From Lama glama (lineage: Eukaryota): a stretch of 64,000 nucleotides of DNA. The position numbers and the translations under genes are program-made. Location of the stretch: NCBI GenBank assembly GCA_028534125.1, contig CM052817.1:86306001-86370000 (forward strand). The letters run 5' to 3'. This document shows positions 27,263 to 40,240 of the stretch, one piece after another; position 1 is the stretch's first letter, and every line of letters starts with the position of its first letter. The notes under the pieces are model-generated. The model did not search any database. It was given only the letters and a program-made list of their open reading frames with translations, and was not told the DNA's origin.

Positions 27263-30200
27263 GTCAAGATGCTAGTAGGTCTCCTTTTAACTTTACTAAT
27301 ATTTCTGTCTCAGGAATAGAATTGAAGCAAAGGGGACAGTAGCCTGCCTTTATTCAGTAATTTCCTCCAATCAAAGCAATTTCATTTTGTTTTTAAAAAG
27401 TTATTAAACCAAATGCTTCCAAGCACATTAATGCCAACATACTCGATCACATTTTGTGAGGAAAAAATCTATACATACAAATTTAGAGAGAATATGGAAA
27501 GAAGTAAAGACATGGGGAACATGTTTTCAAACTATTTTTTTCAAATCATGTTTCAGTTAAAAAGTTTCAAAGTGATTATTTTTAGGCCAACTAGTTTACC
27601 AAAAGACAAGTTACTACCACTTACAACGGTATAGACTCCAAATGGAATGATGGTAGAGCAATCAAATATAGTGCTTCTCTGGGAGACCCATGCTGCTTCT
27701 CCATGGGGATTCTGTTGGCTAATAAGACAGAAAAGATATTTTAAAAAAACAACTATTATCTATAATACAAGCAAGCTGAACAATTTAATGGTCTTCATTA
27801 ACATTTGTACCCACTAAAATTTTTTTCTTTCTAAATTAACCATAGAGAAACAGGACAAATCTTTATGCTAATCTACATGAGAAAACTAGTTTTTCAGATA
27901 GTAGAAATGAAGAAACAGCCTGTCACTTTAGCTTTAAAGGTCTAAAAATGCTTTCATTTGCAGATATTAAAATAGGAAAAACTGGTAAAGGAGGGTATTT
28001 ATTTATCAATTGTTCAAGCAGGTAATAACTAATATTCTTGTGGATTTCAAAGAGAATTCAGTTTTCTTTCACTTAAATGTTTCACTGTCTGTAACTGTGT
28101 TTCCACAATTTTCATAAATACTTGAGCCAAAAACTTTAAAGAATGTCTTGGTTTTTCTCTTTTATTACATCCTGTACCTAATTCACATGAAACCATTAGG
28201 TGTATAGAATAAAAGTGACATTTCAATCCTCATGTCTGAGGGTTTGGCAGGCAATAGGGTCTCTGAGAAAATTAGTAAAATATCCCCTCTTGTCAAATCC
28301 TGTCAGTTTTACATTCAAAGTATATTTAAAATTATGACTACTCTTATCCACTCTATTTTATCACCATATTCCATTCTTTCATCTGGACTGATACTGTGCC
28401 CCACTATCTAGTCTTCCTTATTACACAGTTCTGCTCTTAAAAACTGTTCTTCACACAACTCAAGACATTATTTCAGCCCTTTGTGTGTCCTCCAGTACCT
28501 TCTCATATCCCTCTAGGTAAATATTGTAATCATCAAAAACATCCCAAAGGAGTCTCCTTAGTAATCCTCAAAAATACTAACTGAGGTTCTGATAACTACA
28601 GTTTCGTTAGAACTTCTGAATTTGCTATTCAGGAGTGATTTCTCCTACAAATGAAGATGGCTACATCAGGCTTTTGTTTAAACGTAGCCTCTTGGACTAT
28701 ATTTAAAATAACAACCATAATGGCAAAAAATCTCAACTACACTGACTAGTTGACTAGTTGGCTAAATTTATAGCAGTTAGAATTAGCTAGGTCTTTAAAC
28801 AGTGCTGAAACCAGCAATGGCAATCTAAACTATCAACAAAGGCACATCCAACTGTGGCACAAATGTACTAAATACTGTATTTTGTCTTCTCAACAGACTT
28901 GAATAATTAATATAATCTTCATTTTTAAAAAAGTAAACTCAGTTTAGAAGTGCTAAATAATTTGCTTAAGATTGCCTAAGAGCATAGTATTTAAGGCAGA
29001 GTAGAAAGTCAACTGTAGGCCATTCTGATTTAACACCTGCGTGGTTGTGAACAACCTGTTAATAAACTGTTTCTTTATTATTAGAGCTTCTGTGTTATTT
29101 GGCCCTGTAGATCCTGCCATTACATTACCAGATAAATAGGGAATCAAAATAAAAGATTCTAAACCTGCTTAATTTTCCAGTCACTCCTCTATTTGCTTGG
29201 GCACCCTAATGGTGAACATTATCAATACTTCATACTCATTTCTACATTTAAAATACCCTGATGTGTTTTCTAATCCAATTTTTTCCAAATTATGGAAATG
29301 AAGATGAAATTAAATTATAATTTCTGGGTCTCCTCATTCCCCCTCCTGCCTCTAGATAAAGGTGTTCCGACTGAGCCATGCTGATGATCCTCATATTAGA
29401 AACTTCTTACCTCATGAAAATCATCTATTTAGAATTTAAAAAAGGAGGGACCATGGGTCAAAGGTCATTCATCTTTAGATGTTGCACAGCTGAAATTAGA
29501 TCTTTAGAAATTTGCATTTCCTTTACTGCTTCTTCTGTCTTATGATCTCTTGTTAAATAGTTAATCAAATCTTGAAACACATATGGACAGTTATAACATC
29601 TCATTCAAGTCAAGTACGTATCTTTAATTACACATTTAATCTTGGGTGACCAGTGTAATTTCTAATTCAAAATGTATGAATCCAGTTTCATATTTTTCAC
29701 CAGTCATTTCTAGAAGTTTTCCTCCTTAGTTTAATTTTTTGTTTTCTTTAATAGGTACAAGTAAATGTTTTCCTGGGTATGCACACTAGACACCTCAGAT
29801 TTTTGAACTTCTTTGACCTTTATTCATCATCAACTATTCAGCTGCAATAACTTTCTTTTTGGTAAATTTTATATAGTTATTTAGATTTTTACTTACTCAC
29901 TATTGTTTTACTTTTCTTGAAATCCAATGTACAAGTACTGTATTTTTAAAATAATATTTGCTGGTAATTACAAAAGTTAGATAATGAAAAAATAAAAATT
30001 CTACCAGGCTCTTCAAACCTCACAGTATTTGTTTGGATTAAGAAAAATAAATAATATTATTCATTAGTTGTTATATATCAAGAGTTATAATTTACTATTA
30101 GACTAACTAACTGATGTTTTATTCTTAGTCACTTTTCTGAATTGCCTACTCTACTTGATACAAACATTATTTTGCTGGTTCTCTTATGTTCATGCTTTCG

Positions 30201-33200
30201 CTTCTGCTCTGTAATGATTCCTTGAATGTGTAGTGACAAATCATATGATTCCTATTAATTATCATCTATTAGGAACAAACTCAGTAGTGTGGAAATACAG
30301 TTTCTGTCTCCAGATGATAAAATAAATGATGTATATTAAGATCAGTCATGAGAACAGCTCATCCCACCAAATCCAATAATAGGTGTCTAATGTCTAATGT
30401 TTTAAGATTGGAATAGGAGGGTTGAATTGTTCTATGTTGGGGTAAAGAGCTAAAGTTCTATTAAGGAATTATTAAAATGCTACTTGAAAATGCAAAGTTG
30501 ATTTGATGGAAATAAAAGATTTAATCTATCCAAAAGAAGACAAGGAGAAGGTAATTGAACTCAAATAATAACTTTGATGGTTGGCAGCTCTCTTGCCCTT
30601 CAGCTTCAAAGGCCTTAGGAAAGACCTAGTAACACTAGACATCCAAGATATCTGGGAAGAATGGATTTAGGTGAGTGGCTTGGCTCCACAGCTATCAGGC
30701 ATAGGATGGGGGTAGAATTTTCCCCTCTGATTATAGAGCAGTGATGTAGTATATCACTAAAGTGTTTCAAGATGGATATTATTGATATATTAATTCTGTA
30801 GCTGCCATTTGTAGGTTCTAGAAGAAATAAAAACTAGTGTGCAGAAGCTGCATGCATTCTGAACAGTAGAGATAGGACTTAAGCCTGCAAGCACCACCCT
30901 AAGTCATTCTATTTACTACTGAATTTTTATCTTAGATTCTTCTACTAAACAACACTTAGATATGTATGTTACCAGATCTAATTCCTCTCATTGACGTCTT
31001 TCACGTCATTTTATAATCTAAGTCATTTCATTTGTTTTATACTTTAAAAAATTAGCTTATTCTATTGTCAGTTTTCTTTCACTGTCTTCTACTCTCTTTG
31101 AAAAGATATCCATCTACCTAGTATATCCTTTCCAATATTTGTAATCTAAGCCATTTTTGCTGTCAGTTATGTAGATATTTGCCGTGTTAATTGGTCATTT
31201 ATACATACTTGTACTTTATCCTAGAATAGGCTGTAAAAGACCTGAAAATTTTATATCTGATTCTTATTTTATATCTCTTCTAGTCATTCAGAGATTATAA
31301 TGAACTTGAAGATTAATCACTTTAATTGATTGACATTTTCCTAAAAGTCATCAGCCAATTTCTGCATATAAAGTAAAGAATCTGAGTACCCATTTTGTTC
31401 TTCTTTTACTTAGGTGCACAGTTAATTAATGTATATTCTAAGAAGAAGATAAAAAATTATTTCAGATACATCTTTCCCCAAAATAGAATTGTAGGATTAA
31501 AATGTTCTAATATATTTTTAAAATATACGTGTTAGAATTCAGTAGCTCTTATTTTTTATTTAGCGAAATACTACTTAAAGCATAGTGCTAAAAGCAAAAT
31601 AAATTAGGCAATAACTAATGCTACTTGTAAGACAAAATTTCGTGATCTTAAGAGAAATAAAAACAAAGCTGTTTTTTCTCTGCAGTGTCATATCAACAAT
31701 AGATCAAGGAAATCATATGATTTGTGCATATATATATGTGTGATAGCTTATTTTATATTTAAAAACATTTTTGGATTATTGAAATTATAGCCATTGCCAC
31801 TTTTCCCAGATTAATATCCTGGCTATTTTACAAGGAAAAATAAACTAATAAGATGCATAAATATAACTATTTCATTAGAAGCTTAGTGTGTTTTGATAGT
31901 TAAATTGGTGCATATGATTACATGGATTGTCCATTTCCATAAATCATCAGCCTAGATTAATCGGTATATTTACTAAATATAAAAGGTACCTTTATTCATT
32001 GCTATTTGAAGGGATTGTAAAAATTATAGTAGTAAATAAAGACTAGCTATGTACTTCATATTTGAAGTTATAACTACTATCCACTTATTTGAAGAATGGT
32101 ACATTTTTTATATTAATGTATTTTCAGTTTTATAATAGCAAACATTGCCACAAATTGCCAAACATGAAAGCAGAATACATTAGTATCTATTATTAAAATA
32201 GAAGTGAGAAAGGAGAGAAACTTAGATATACAGAGTCCAGGCAGAGAAACCAAGAACACAGTGCAAAGTTTCATGCAAGGGTCAATCTACCTTTTCTGGG
32301 CATATAACTACAGACTCACAGCACCTATGTTCAGTGTAGATACTAAGAATGAGTTTTTGTAAAACCATTCAGAAGCTATCAACTCTTCACACCCAATCTT
32401 ATCCAATATTAAGGTCTGACTAACTTGAGGCAGCAGTCATGAGTTTAGAGATTTGGGGAGAAACTACCACTACAGCAATTAGAGATCTCATATTGCAGCA
32501 TATTTCAAATTAAATCAAATATTTTATGAAGTGGAATTCATAATTTTGATCTAATTCATATTTCTGTGGGAAATAGCTAAATGAATACATAATATAATTT
32601 AAATGACTATGTTAGTCCTAAATACTGTTATTTAGATATGTTCATATAATTGTTATATAGTTTTCATTATAAAAGCATATTTTGAATGTTTGTAATGTTG
32701 GCTAACTATTTATCAGAGGTTTATATATTCTTTGGGTGGCAAAAGGAGGGACCCTTTAACTTGTCATCCTGTAAATTTTGTTCACTACATGAGTAATGCA
32801 GATACTGAGATTAAATATATTTCAGTAATCAGGCACTGAATATAAGCATAGATGAAATTTCTTCTTCTGATAGAGAAGACACTTCAGTTAATACTAAATT
32901 TGACATTGTGTACACCTGAGGACCTTCAATAGCCAACTAATTTGCACAGATGATTTACTGAAGACAAACCAGAGAGTGAGTTATTAAAGCAATTATCTAT
33001 AAATGAGAAATGAGAAATCTTAAATCCCTTTTATTCAAATCTCAAGTGGTTAATACATGACTCTGCATGAATCATATAAAAGATTCTTTGGATTTCCTAG
33101 CTGACCTCATCTGGAAAGCTGAATTTGTCATTTAAGCATCCCATCCTCCTGAATACAAAGAACAACAACAACAAAAAAAGTATTTCGTTTCTTTTTCATT

Positions 33201-33345
33201 TAGTCAACATTACATTAACATATAAAAGTACATGAAGAACGACAGTTTGAAAAATGATAAAAAACAAGTTAGAATATAAAGCTGTTATGAAAGATTGCCC
33301 TTGTTCTAACTTGTTTTTTCAGTCATCATTATTCAATCATCATCA

Positions 33346-34005
33346 CAGTCAATCATCATTATTAATAGATGCATATTTACAAATTTTCCTACTCCCTAAA
33401 ATTTATTTGTAACCCCCAAATTGATCTTTCTTAGCACTTCTGTGGTTATTTGCAGACATGCGCAGAGAGAGGGAAAATTTGAGTCATCTGCACATTCCCG
33501 TCTGAGGTCAAACAAGGTGGCTCTAATTTCTTGTTTCAGCTCTTATACTATAAATGTGATCTATTATACTCTCTCTTATACTCTCTGTGATCTATTTAAT
33601 GCATTTTGGGGGGATGGTTATATCTTTTATTGGTGATTTCACAGTTTAAAATGCCCCCTAAAAATGTGATGCTAAAGTGCTGTCCAGCATTCCTAGGCAC
33701 AAGGCTGTGATGTGCCTTACAAAGAAAATACCTGTGTCAGATAAACTTCATCCAGGCATGAGTTACAGGGCTGTTGGCTGTTCTTTCAATATTAATTAAT
33801 CAATAATATGTATTAAATAAGGTGTCTCTAAAGAGAAACACACATAAAAGAAGATTATGTATTGTTTGGTTGATGAAAATGTTGAGAACAAAGGCTCACA
33901 AGGACCTATCTCTCTATTTCACTTAGGAGCAAGGTTTCAGTATTTGCTGATTGAGTGTTCCTGGTGACTTTACAGAACGTAACTACCATAGGTAAGAGTC
34001 AACTG
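33346..34005 (+). mobile_element. Near-complete MER82-like TcMar-Tigger non-autonomous DNA transposon
   Basis: Termini CAGTCAATC...GTCAACTG followed by TA. Internal CTAAAATTTATTTGTAACCCC, GGCTGTGATGTGCCTTAC, CAGGCATGAGTTA, TATTAAATAAGGTGTC match recalled MER82. Confidence 0.88.
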
Positions 34006-34015
34006 TATGTGTGGC

Positions 34016-34018
<3 letters not shown>

Positions 34019-34053
<35 letters not shown>
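34019..34053. repeat. (TG)n microsatellite
   Basis: Seen directly. Confidence 0.95.
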
Positions 34054-34054
<1 letters not shown>

Positions 34055-35214
34055 TATCTATCAAAAGATAAATTTAATATTATATAAGGAAAATAATCAC
34101 CAGTTAAATATGTGAGCTCTTAGGTTGAGAATGGGGGTATCAGTTCAGACTCAGCATACTTAACTGCTGATGATTGTTAGCCAGTTTATAATTTCATCTT
34201 TAATGCACAGAGCTGATATTTGTACATTAAATATTCCAGGTTGTACATATAAAAATTCTCTTGATGTTTACTAGCATTTTAGCCATCAGAGGTATTTCCA
34301 GAGTGATAGCTGTTGTGTTTTTAACCGCTTTTTCTCCCCTTTATGAGATGAAGACTCATTTTTGTTAGCTTAGCTCATTTTAAGCTAAGATCTTCCTATT
34401 GCTGAGGTTTAATGACTGGAAGTGATCTTGACTCTAAACTCTGAGTCAGTTCACAAACTAAAAGTCTTTCATGCTGCCTGTTTTCAAAATGGGTTTAATA
34501 AACATTATTTCTACATCTTAAGTATATATATATATATAAAACATTAATATATTAATGTTTTATATATGTATGTATGTATATATACATATGGAAGGAGAGG
34601 GAGACAGAGTGTGCAAAAGGTTGGGGGAGAGACCCATTGTAGCTTTGGAGTAAGGATGAGTGAATTTGACTTTCAGTGGGTAATTCTGATTACAGGTTTT
34701 GTGATTTCAGAAGTCGCATAATTCCCTTAATCCTAGGATGCTCCACTTTTAAATCAGCAATAATGATGTATTTTTAATTAACTTTATTGAAGAATAATTT
34801 ACACTCACTAGAACTCTTATAACAATTTTAAGCGTACACATTCTTGACTTGTGACAAATACACATACACTTGTGTTCCACTCTGAGCTCCTGGCGGCTGC
34901 TACATGTGAAGCAGGGGCTTGTATGCTTATTTCTCCCTCTTTCTTTAGGCAAACACATTCCATTTCTTATTAGTGACTCTGTTCCCTGTTCCCTCTCCCA
35001 CTAGAGATTTGTGATGTTTCACTATGAAACTGTCTCCATAGCATGCCAATCCTGGCCATGTCTTACCTACACACTTTTCTGTGAAATAATTAGAGATTGG
35101 GGAGGCATTTGCTCTCTGCTGATTCTTGGCTTGTAGGCTTGTAATCCTTTCTACAATAATTTGTAATTATCTGTGTTCCATGGAAGTAGTGATGGATTTA
35201 CCCACTCCCTTGTC

Positions 35215-35530
35215 ATAATTTGGATTCTCTGGAAAAGAGGGATATACAAAATATTATTGGTGGTAGCACCTGTGAAAAGAAAAGTGAAGGAGGAGGACTA
35301 GGCAAGGTTAACTGCTTTCCTGCAACGAAGATATGATTGGGAGCCCAATGAGGAGGTCAAAGCATAAACTGCCCATTAGAGGTGTGCCAGTCAGGGTGGG
35401 AATGAGGAGGCCATCGTAACACTATTTTGTTTAGTCGCTGGCTGGTGGCCATCCTGAGAAGAGAGTCTTCTTAAGAGCTACCATCATGCTTACTCACTGG
35501 CTGAGGGTCACCTTCAGAATAGCATGTCCT
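35215..35530 (-). mobile_element. LTR16-like (ERVL) LTR fragment
   Basis: CACCTGTGAAAAG..GGAGGAGGACTAGGCAAGG, GCCCATTAGAGGTGTGCC, TTAGTCGCTGGCTG. Confidence 0.55.
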
Positions 35531-35559
35531 TGGCTTCTCTGGGTCATGGTTTTGGAAGG

Positions 35560-35782
35560 TGTGCCAGGGCAGAGATTATGAAATGTGCCCAGGGCTGAAC
35601 TTTCTGCTTATGGGGCAGAAGATTGAGCAAATACAGGGGAGACTGAGCAAATAAGTAAAGGATTACTGATGATTAGAGCCAGATTTCTCTCTGTGCAAAA
35701 ATGAAAAAGTAGATACTAGAATAAATCCTGCAGCGTTGGATTAAAATTGGAGGGAATGGGGTGAATTTAACAGTATTTAAGT

Positions 35783-35828
<46 letters not shown>

Positions 35829-36075
35829 CCTAAAGATAAATACAGAAATATGTATTTCTAAACACCATTCTTGACTTAAAATTAAAGGAAGAACTAAAGG
35901 TCCTTGGAGAAGTGGTTGGCTCCAGAAATAAGGCACAAAAATTACCAGTCAAGACCAGAACAAATTCTACTAAAAAGTTAGAAATTACTCAGAGAATGTT
36001 GGGAGTATGCCTAAGAGCTTTACGGGGCTCCTACTGGACAAGACTGGACTAATTTGGGAAAAAGTATTATATATA
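35560..36075 (+). mobile_element. L1MC/MD-like 3' fragment
   Basis: TTAAAATTGGAGG, TTCTTGACTTAAA..GAAGAACTAAAGGTCCTTGGAGAAGTGGTTGGCTCCAG, GGGGCTCCTACTGG. Confidence 0.6.
35783..35828. repeat. (GATA)n tetranucleotide microsatellite
   Basis: About 11 perfect TAGA units. Confidence 0.95.
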
Positions 36076-38026
36076 AAATAGATTGTAAATTGTGAATTAA
36101 ATACTGGACAAGACTGGGATAACTTGGGAAAAAGTATTTTATATATTATATATATATATCTATAAAGTATTATATATAATGTATTATATATAATATATAA
36201 TTAAATAAAATGTGTCATAGTATAAACTATGAAGCACTCTATAAGTAGTATCACTTAACATTTTTGTTAGGACAGATTCCTGCCTTCTTGCCTTTTTCTT
36301 CTTGGGTATATATATTATGTTCATAGTACAGAATTTGGCATTTAGTATTTCTGAATCAATTTAGTGCTTAATTTAATGTTTATATTATGCTTGTTTTTAT
36401 ATGTTTTAAATGTGTGTAGTTTTTAGTATGTTTTTATATGTTTATATGTTTATAGCATGCTGTTCTTTGCATTTCTATAATGATTTTGACACAGTAACTT
36501 AGTCGAAGTTTACTTAGTGTCTGGGAAAAGTTAATTCAGTTTCTATAAAGTATTTCATTTACTATCAGTAGCTGCTTTAGGCCCTGGGAGAATCTACCTT
36601 ATCTCTATTATTTTCACTGTCTTCAAAGTAAACAGAGGCTGGTATTGTTATCACATCTTGGAAATAGGAAAATTGAATCCTGGAAATTTAATGGCTTGCC
36701 AAGGTCATTTTAACTTGAAAACACAGCTGAATCCATATTTCATGTGTAGAATAAATTTTTAAAAAATTATAATCATACATTTGGGTATTTGTGAAGGGTT
36801 ACAATTTAAAAAATCAACAGGAAGATAAACTATTTCATGGTACCTAGGCAATCAATGATAATGAATATTATGTAGATTTATGTGTGACAATAAGGCAGCT
36901 AGGCAAGGTTTTGAAATATAAAAAATATACTATAATTTCTCATTTTCATTTGTGCCATGAGCTCACTGGAATAAATGAAAACCTCCTCTCTTCTTACAAT
37001 TCTTAGTCCTATGCTAATAACATAGATTTCATTGCTCACACAGACTCTAATAAAGGTAACTACTAACCATATTATTGACAAACAAGCTTCCATTAGCTGA
37101 TTTCATGGAAGAGTAATCTATTTGGCAATTGCTTGAATAAAATTATTTCTATATCCATGCAAATTATACCATTTTGCAAATTATATTGCAATTTTGATCA
37201 CCCTATCTGTTAACATAATTTGTAGCATTTATTTTTAAAGCTTAGATTTTATGTAGATATTGAGATTAGCTAAAATAACCACTAATATAGTATTTTCTGG
37301 TTTTCACATTTAAACATAAACTTTTGAAAATGATCTTTTCCATTAAATTCTTCAAATATCCCTTGTTATAACATATTTGAAAATATTCACTTTTTTGTTT
37401 GATTTATGCCTGCTAAGGAGACAAAAAAAATAATTTCTGGCCCACTTTAAAATGTCTTTAAATATAAGTATTTTATGGAAAATTATGAATTTCAGAGACC
37501 TATAGCTATTTAATGTGTTTTTATGTAATGGTTGTGTGATGTTTAAGAGGTTACTAAAAAGCACCTCTTTCTATGAGTATTATTGACTTTGTATATGATG
37601 TACACTATTGTTTACTGTATTAGGCTGAAACATTTTAAAGGACACACTGGGTCATTTTATAATGTGTTTTATAACAATATATCATTTTGATAACCAAGCA
37701 GTTATCCTCCTGTAGTAGTATTCTTTTTCTTTTATGGTAAGATTCTTGGAAATTTTATGATCAGAATTAGAATGAAAGGGTCCTGTATTACAAGCAAAAA
37801 ATTCTGCCTCTCACAAATTATAATGAGTTAGTATAACCCAATATAAAATAGAATTCCTTAATTTTATCCTGGAGACAACTAGATTACTTTGGTTCTAACA
37901 CATCTATTGTGATCAAAGCATGAAAGTATTAACATGTGCCTTTTTAAACTTCACTTGGTGAAAGCTAGAACTTTCCTGCACTGCTAAATGTTAGATTATG
38001 TTTCTTAAATAAAATCACAAACATTC

Positions 38027-38553
38027 TGTAATAGTCAAGATTCTCCAGTAAAACAGAACCAATATAGGTAGACAATAGATAGACAGACAGACAGACAGAC
38101 AAATGTGTGTGTTGTGGGGGGGTGTCTGCGTGTGTTTGTAAAGAGATTATGAGGAATTGACTCACATGATTATGGAGGCTGAGAAGTTCCACAATCTGAT
38201 CTGCAACTGGAGATCCAGGAAAGCCAAGGGTGTAGTTCAAGTTTGCATCTGAGGGCCTGAGAGGATAGCTGATGGTATTAATACTGTTCAAGGGCAGGAG
38301 AAGACCGATGATGCCCCAGCTCAGTAGTCAGGCAGAAAGTGGATTTTCCCGTCCTCCACCTTTTTGTTCTGTTCAGATCCTTGATGGATTGGATTGCTCA
38401 CTCACACTGCGGACCACCTGCTTTACTGAGTCTGTGGATTCACATGCTAATCTCTTCCTGAACTACCGTCATAGACACACTTAGAAATTATTTTTATCTA
38501 GATAGCTGGGAATCCTGTGGCCAGTCAGGCTGACACATAAAATTAACTTCATA
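38027..38553 (-). mobile_element. MLT2B-like (ERVL) solo LTR
   Basis: TTCTCCAGTAAAACAGAACCAATA...GAGGAATTGACTCACATGATTATGGAGGCTGAGAAGTTCCAC...CAGTCAGGCTGACACATAAAATTAAC is the reverse complement of the MLT2 consensus and resembles 753-2036 in opposite orientation. Confidence 0.88.
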
Positions 38554-39719
38554 GTTTATGTATTTCAGAACTTACGTAATTCACGTCGTAGTCCAATCTT
38601 CCTTAGTGCCTTCTGCGTAGAGTAAATGCTGTCTACATGGTATATGCAGACATTTTTTTATATTTAATATATAAAAAGAAAATTATGTTAACAACATGTC
38701 CAATCAAGAACTTTAATGTAAAATGAAATTTGACCTTGTAACTTAGGTAATTTCAGCATTCTGAGTTTGCCCTAATTATGTGAGTTATGAATAGGAAATG
38801 TAGTTCACAGAAATGTGCCTTCTAAAGAACCAGCAGACAAAACTAATCATTGCAACATATAGATGGCTAACCTTGGTGCCCCAAATTAACAGCTGACTCT
38901 ACTCTAACAAGGGTCAGGCAATCAAAGCAATTTTATATTTTATAGATAGGTGTAATTGAGGGGCATACATTTGTATTTTTATATAATAAAGTTGTCTAAT
39001 ACGTAATACTTCATATGTAACAAATGAAGTTTAATATATAATAAAATGTCCCTAGTATTAAAAAGTAACATTTCCATGAATAAATATGTTTATTTAAGTT
39101 AATAAAGTCAATTAATAGAAAACTTTGGAAGTATACATTCTTCTCCTGGTTGCTAATACAGTATCTTTTTCCTTTGTTTACTTCTGAGAGCTTAAAATTC
39201 ACATTCATTCTGGTAGCACAGTGTACAACTCAGCTGGGGTGAATTTTGTACCTCAGGCTTATTTTCCTGCTCCTCCTAAGAATTTAATTAGCTAATTAGC
39301 TTTCTCAGGTGTAAGCAACAGATGCCTCACATCTGCTCGTAGTATGTGACTAGCCAGGAGCACATTTTCCCTTACTTTGGACTGAAGAAATTCATTTTGT
39401 CTCTTTAGTTGGCTTTTACTTGCACACGTGATTCCAACTGGTCCTGGAACTAATATGTTGGTCCTTAATATTATTTCTCCCCAAGGAAATCAATCTATTT
39501 TGTCTCTTCAGTTGTGCTGTAGGATTCATTATTGTTCCTTTCTTTCTCTCCCTGTCTAGTTCCCTGGCTTTTGTCTGTGTCTCTGTACTCCTAGCATCGA
39601 AACAATAAGCCTTTTTGTTCTGATGTAGTTTGGCTTTTACAGACTGGATATCGTCTCATTAACTCTTGGAGCGTGTGTTGACTTTTTTTTTTTCTTACCA
39701 CATATTTATTTATATTACT

Positions 39720-40240
39720 TGATTCCCTTAGAAGTAAGCAACAAAAATCACTGGCTTACGTGAATCAGAGTTATTTTATGGGCTTCAGTTGGCTTGGAGA
39801 ATCATCCAGAAGAATGGAGGAATCTGTTGGGAAGTAGAAAGAAACAAAGGGAGTCCACAAAGCCAGAACTAAGGCAAAATCTTAGGACAGAACATTCTGA
39901 TTAAAAGTTATCCTGATTGCCCACCAACCCTGCAGGCACTGAAGTCATGGTGGGTATACTGCATTCTGTAGAAAGTGGATGCTGCTGCTTTTACTGCGGC
40001 TATTAATGCGGGATCTTCATCAGACTTATTTTGTGCCACCCTAGCTCCCAATTCAAAGTCTGGTGCTGAAGCTGTCAGTTATCTGGGCCTCCATCACAAG
40101 TCCACACACACTAATTTTCAGCCTGTACAAGAGAAGTTTAAAATCAGTCTTTTACTGGAAATTAACAGTGAAAAACAACCCAAATAGGAGTAAACAGTAA
40201 AGAACCAGGCCATCTAAACAAATGCAGAAGTCTACTACTT
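39720..40240 (-). mobile_element. Old MLT1-like LTR
   Basis: GTAAGCAACAAAAATCACTGGCTTA...TTATTTTATGGG...AATTCAAAGTCTGG; degenerate. Confidence 0.45.

Noticed and set aside
753..38553. The two MLT2 LTRs as ends of one provirus
   Set aside because: They are in opposite orientation, 36 kb apart, with no continuous internal sequence; independent solo LTRs.
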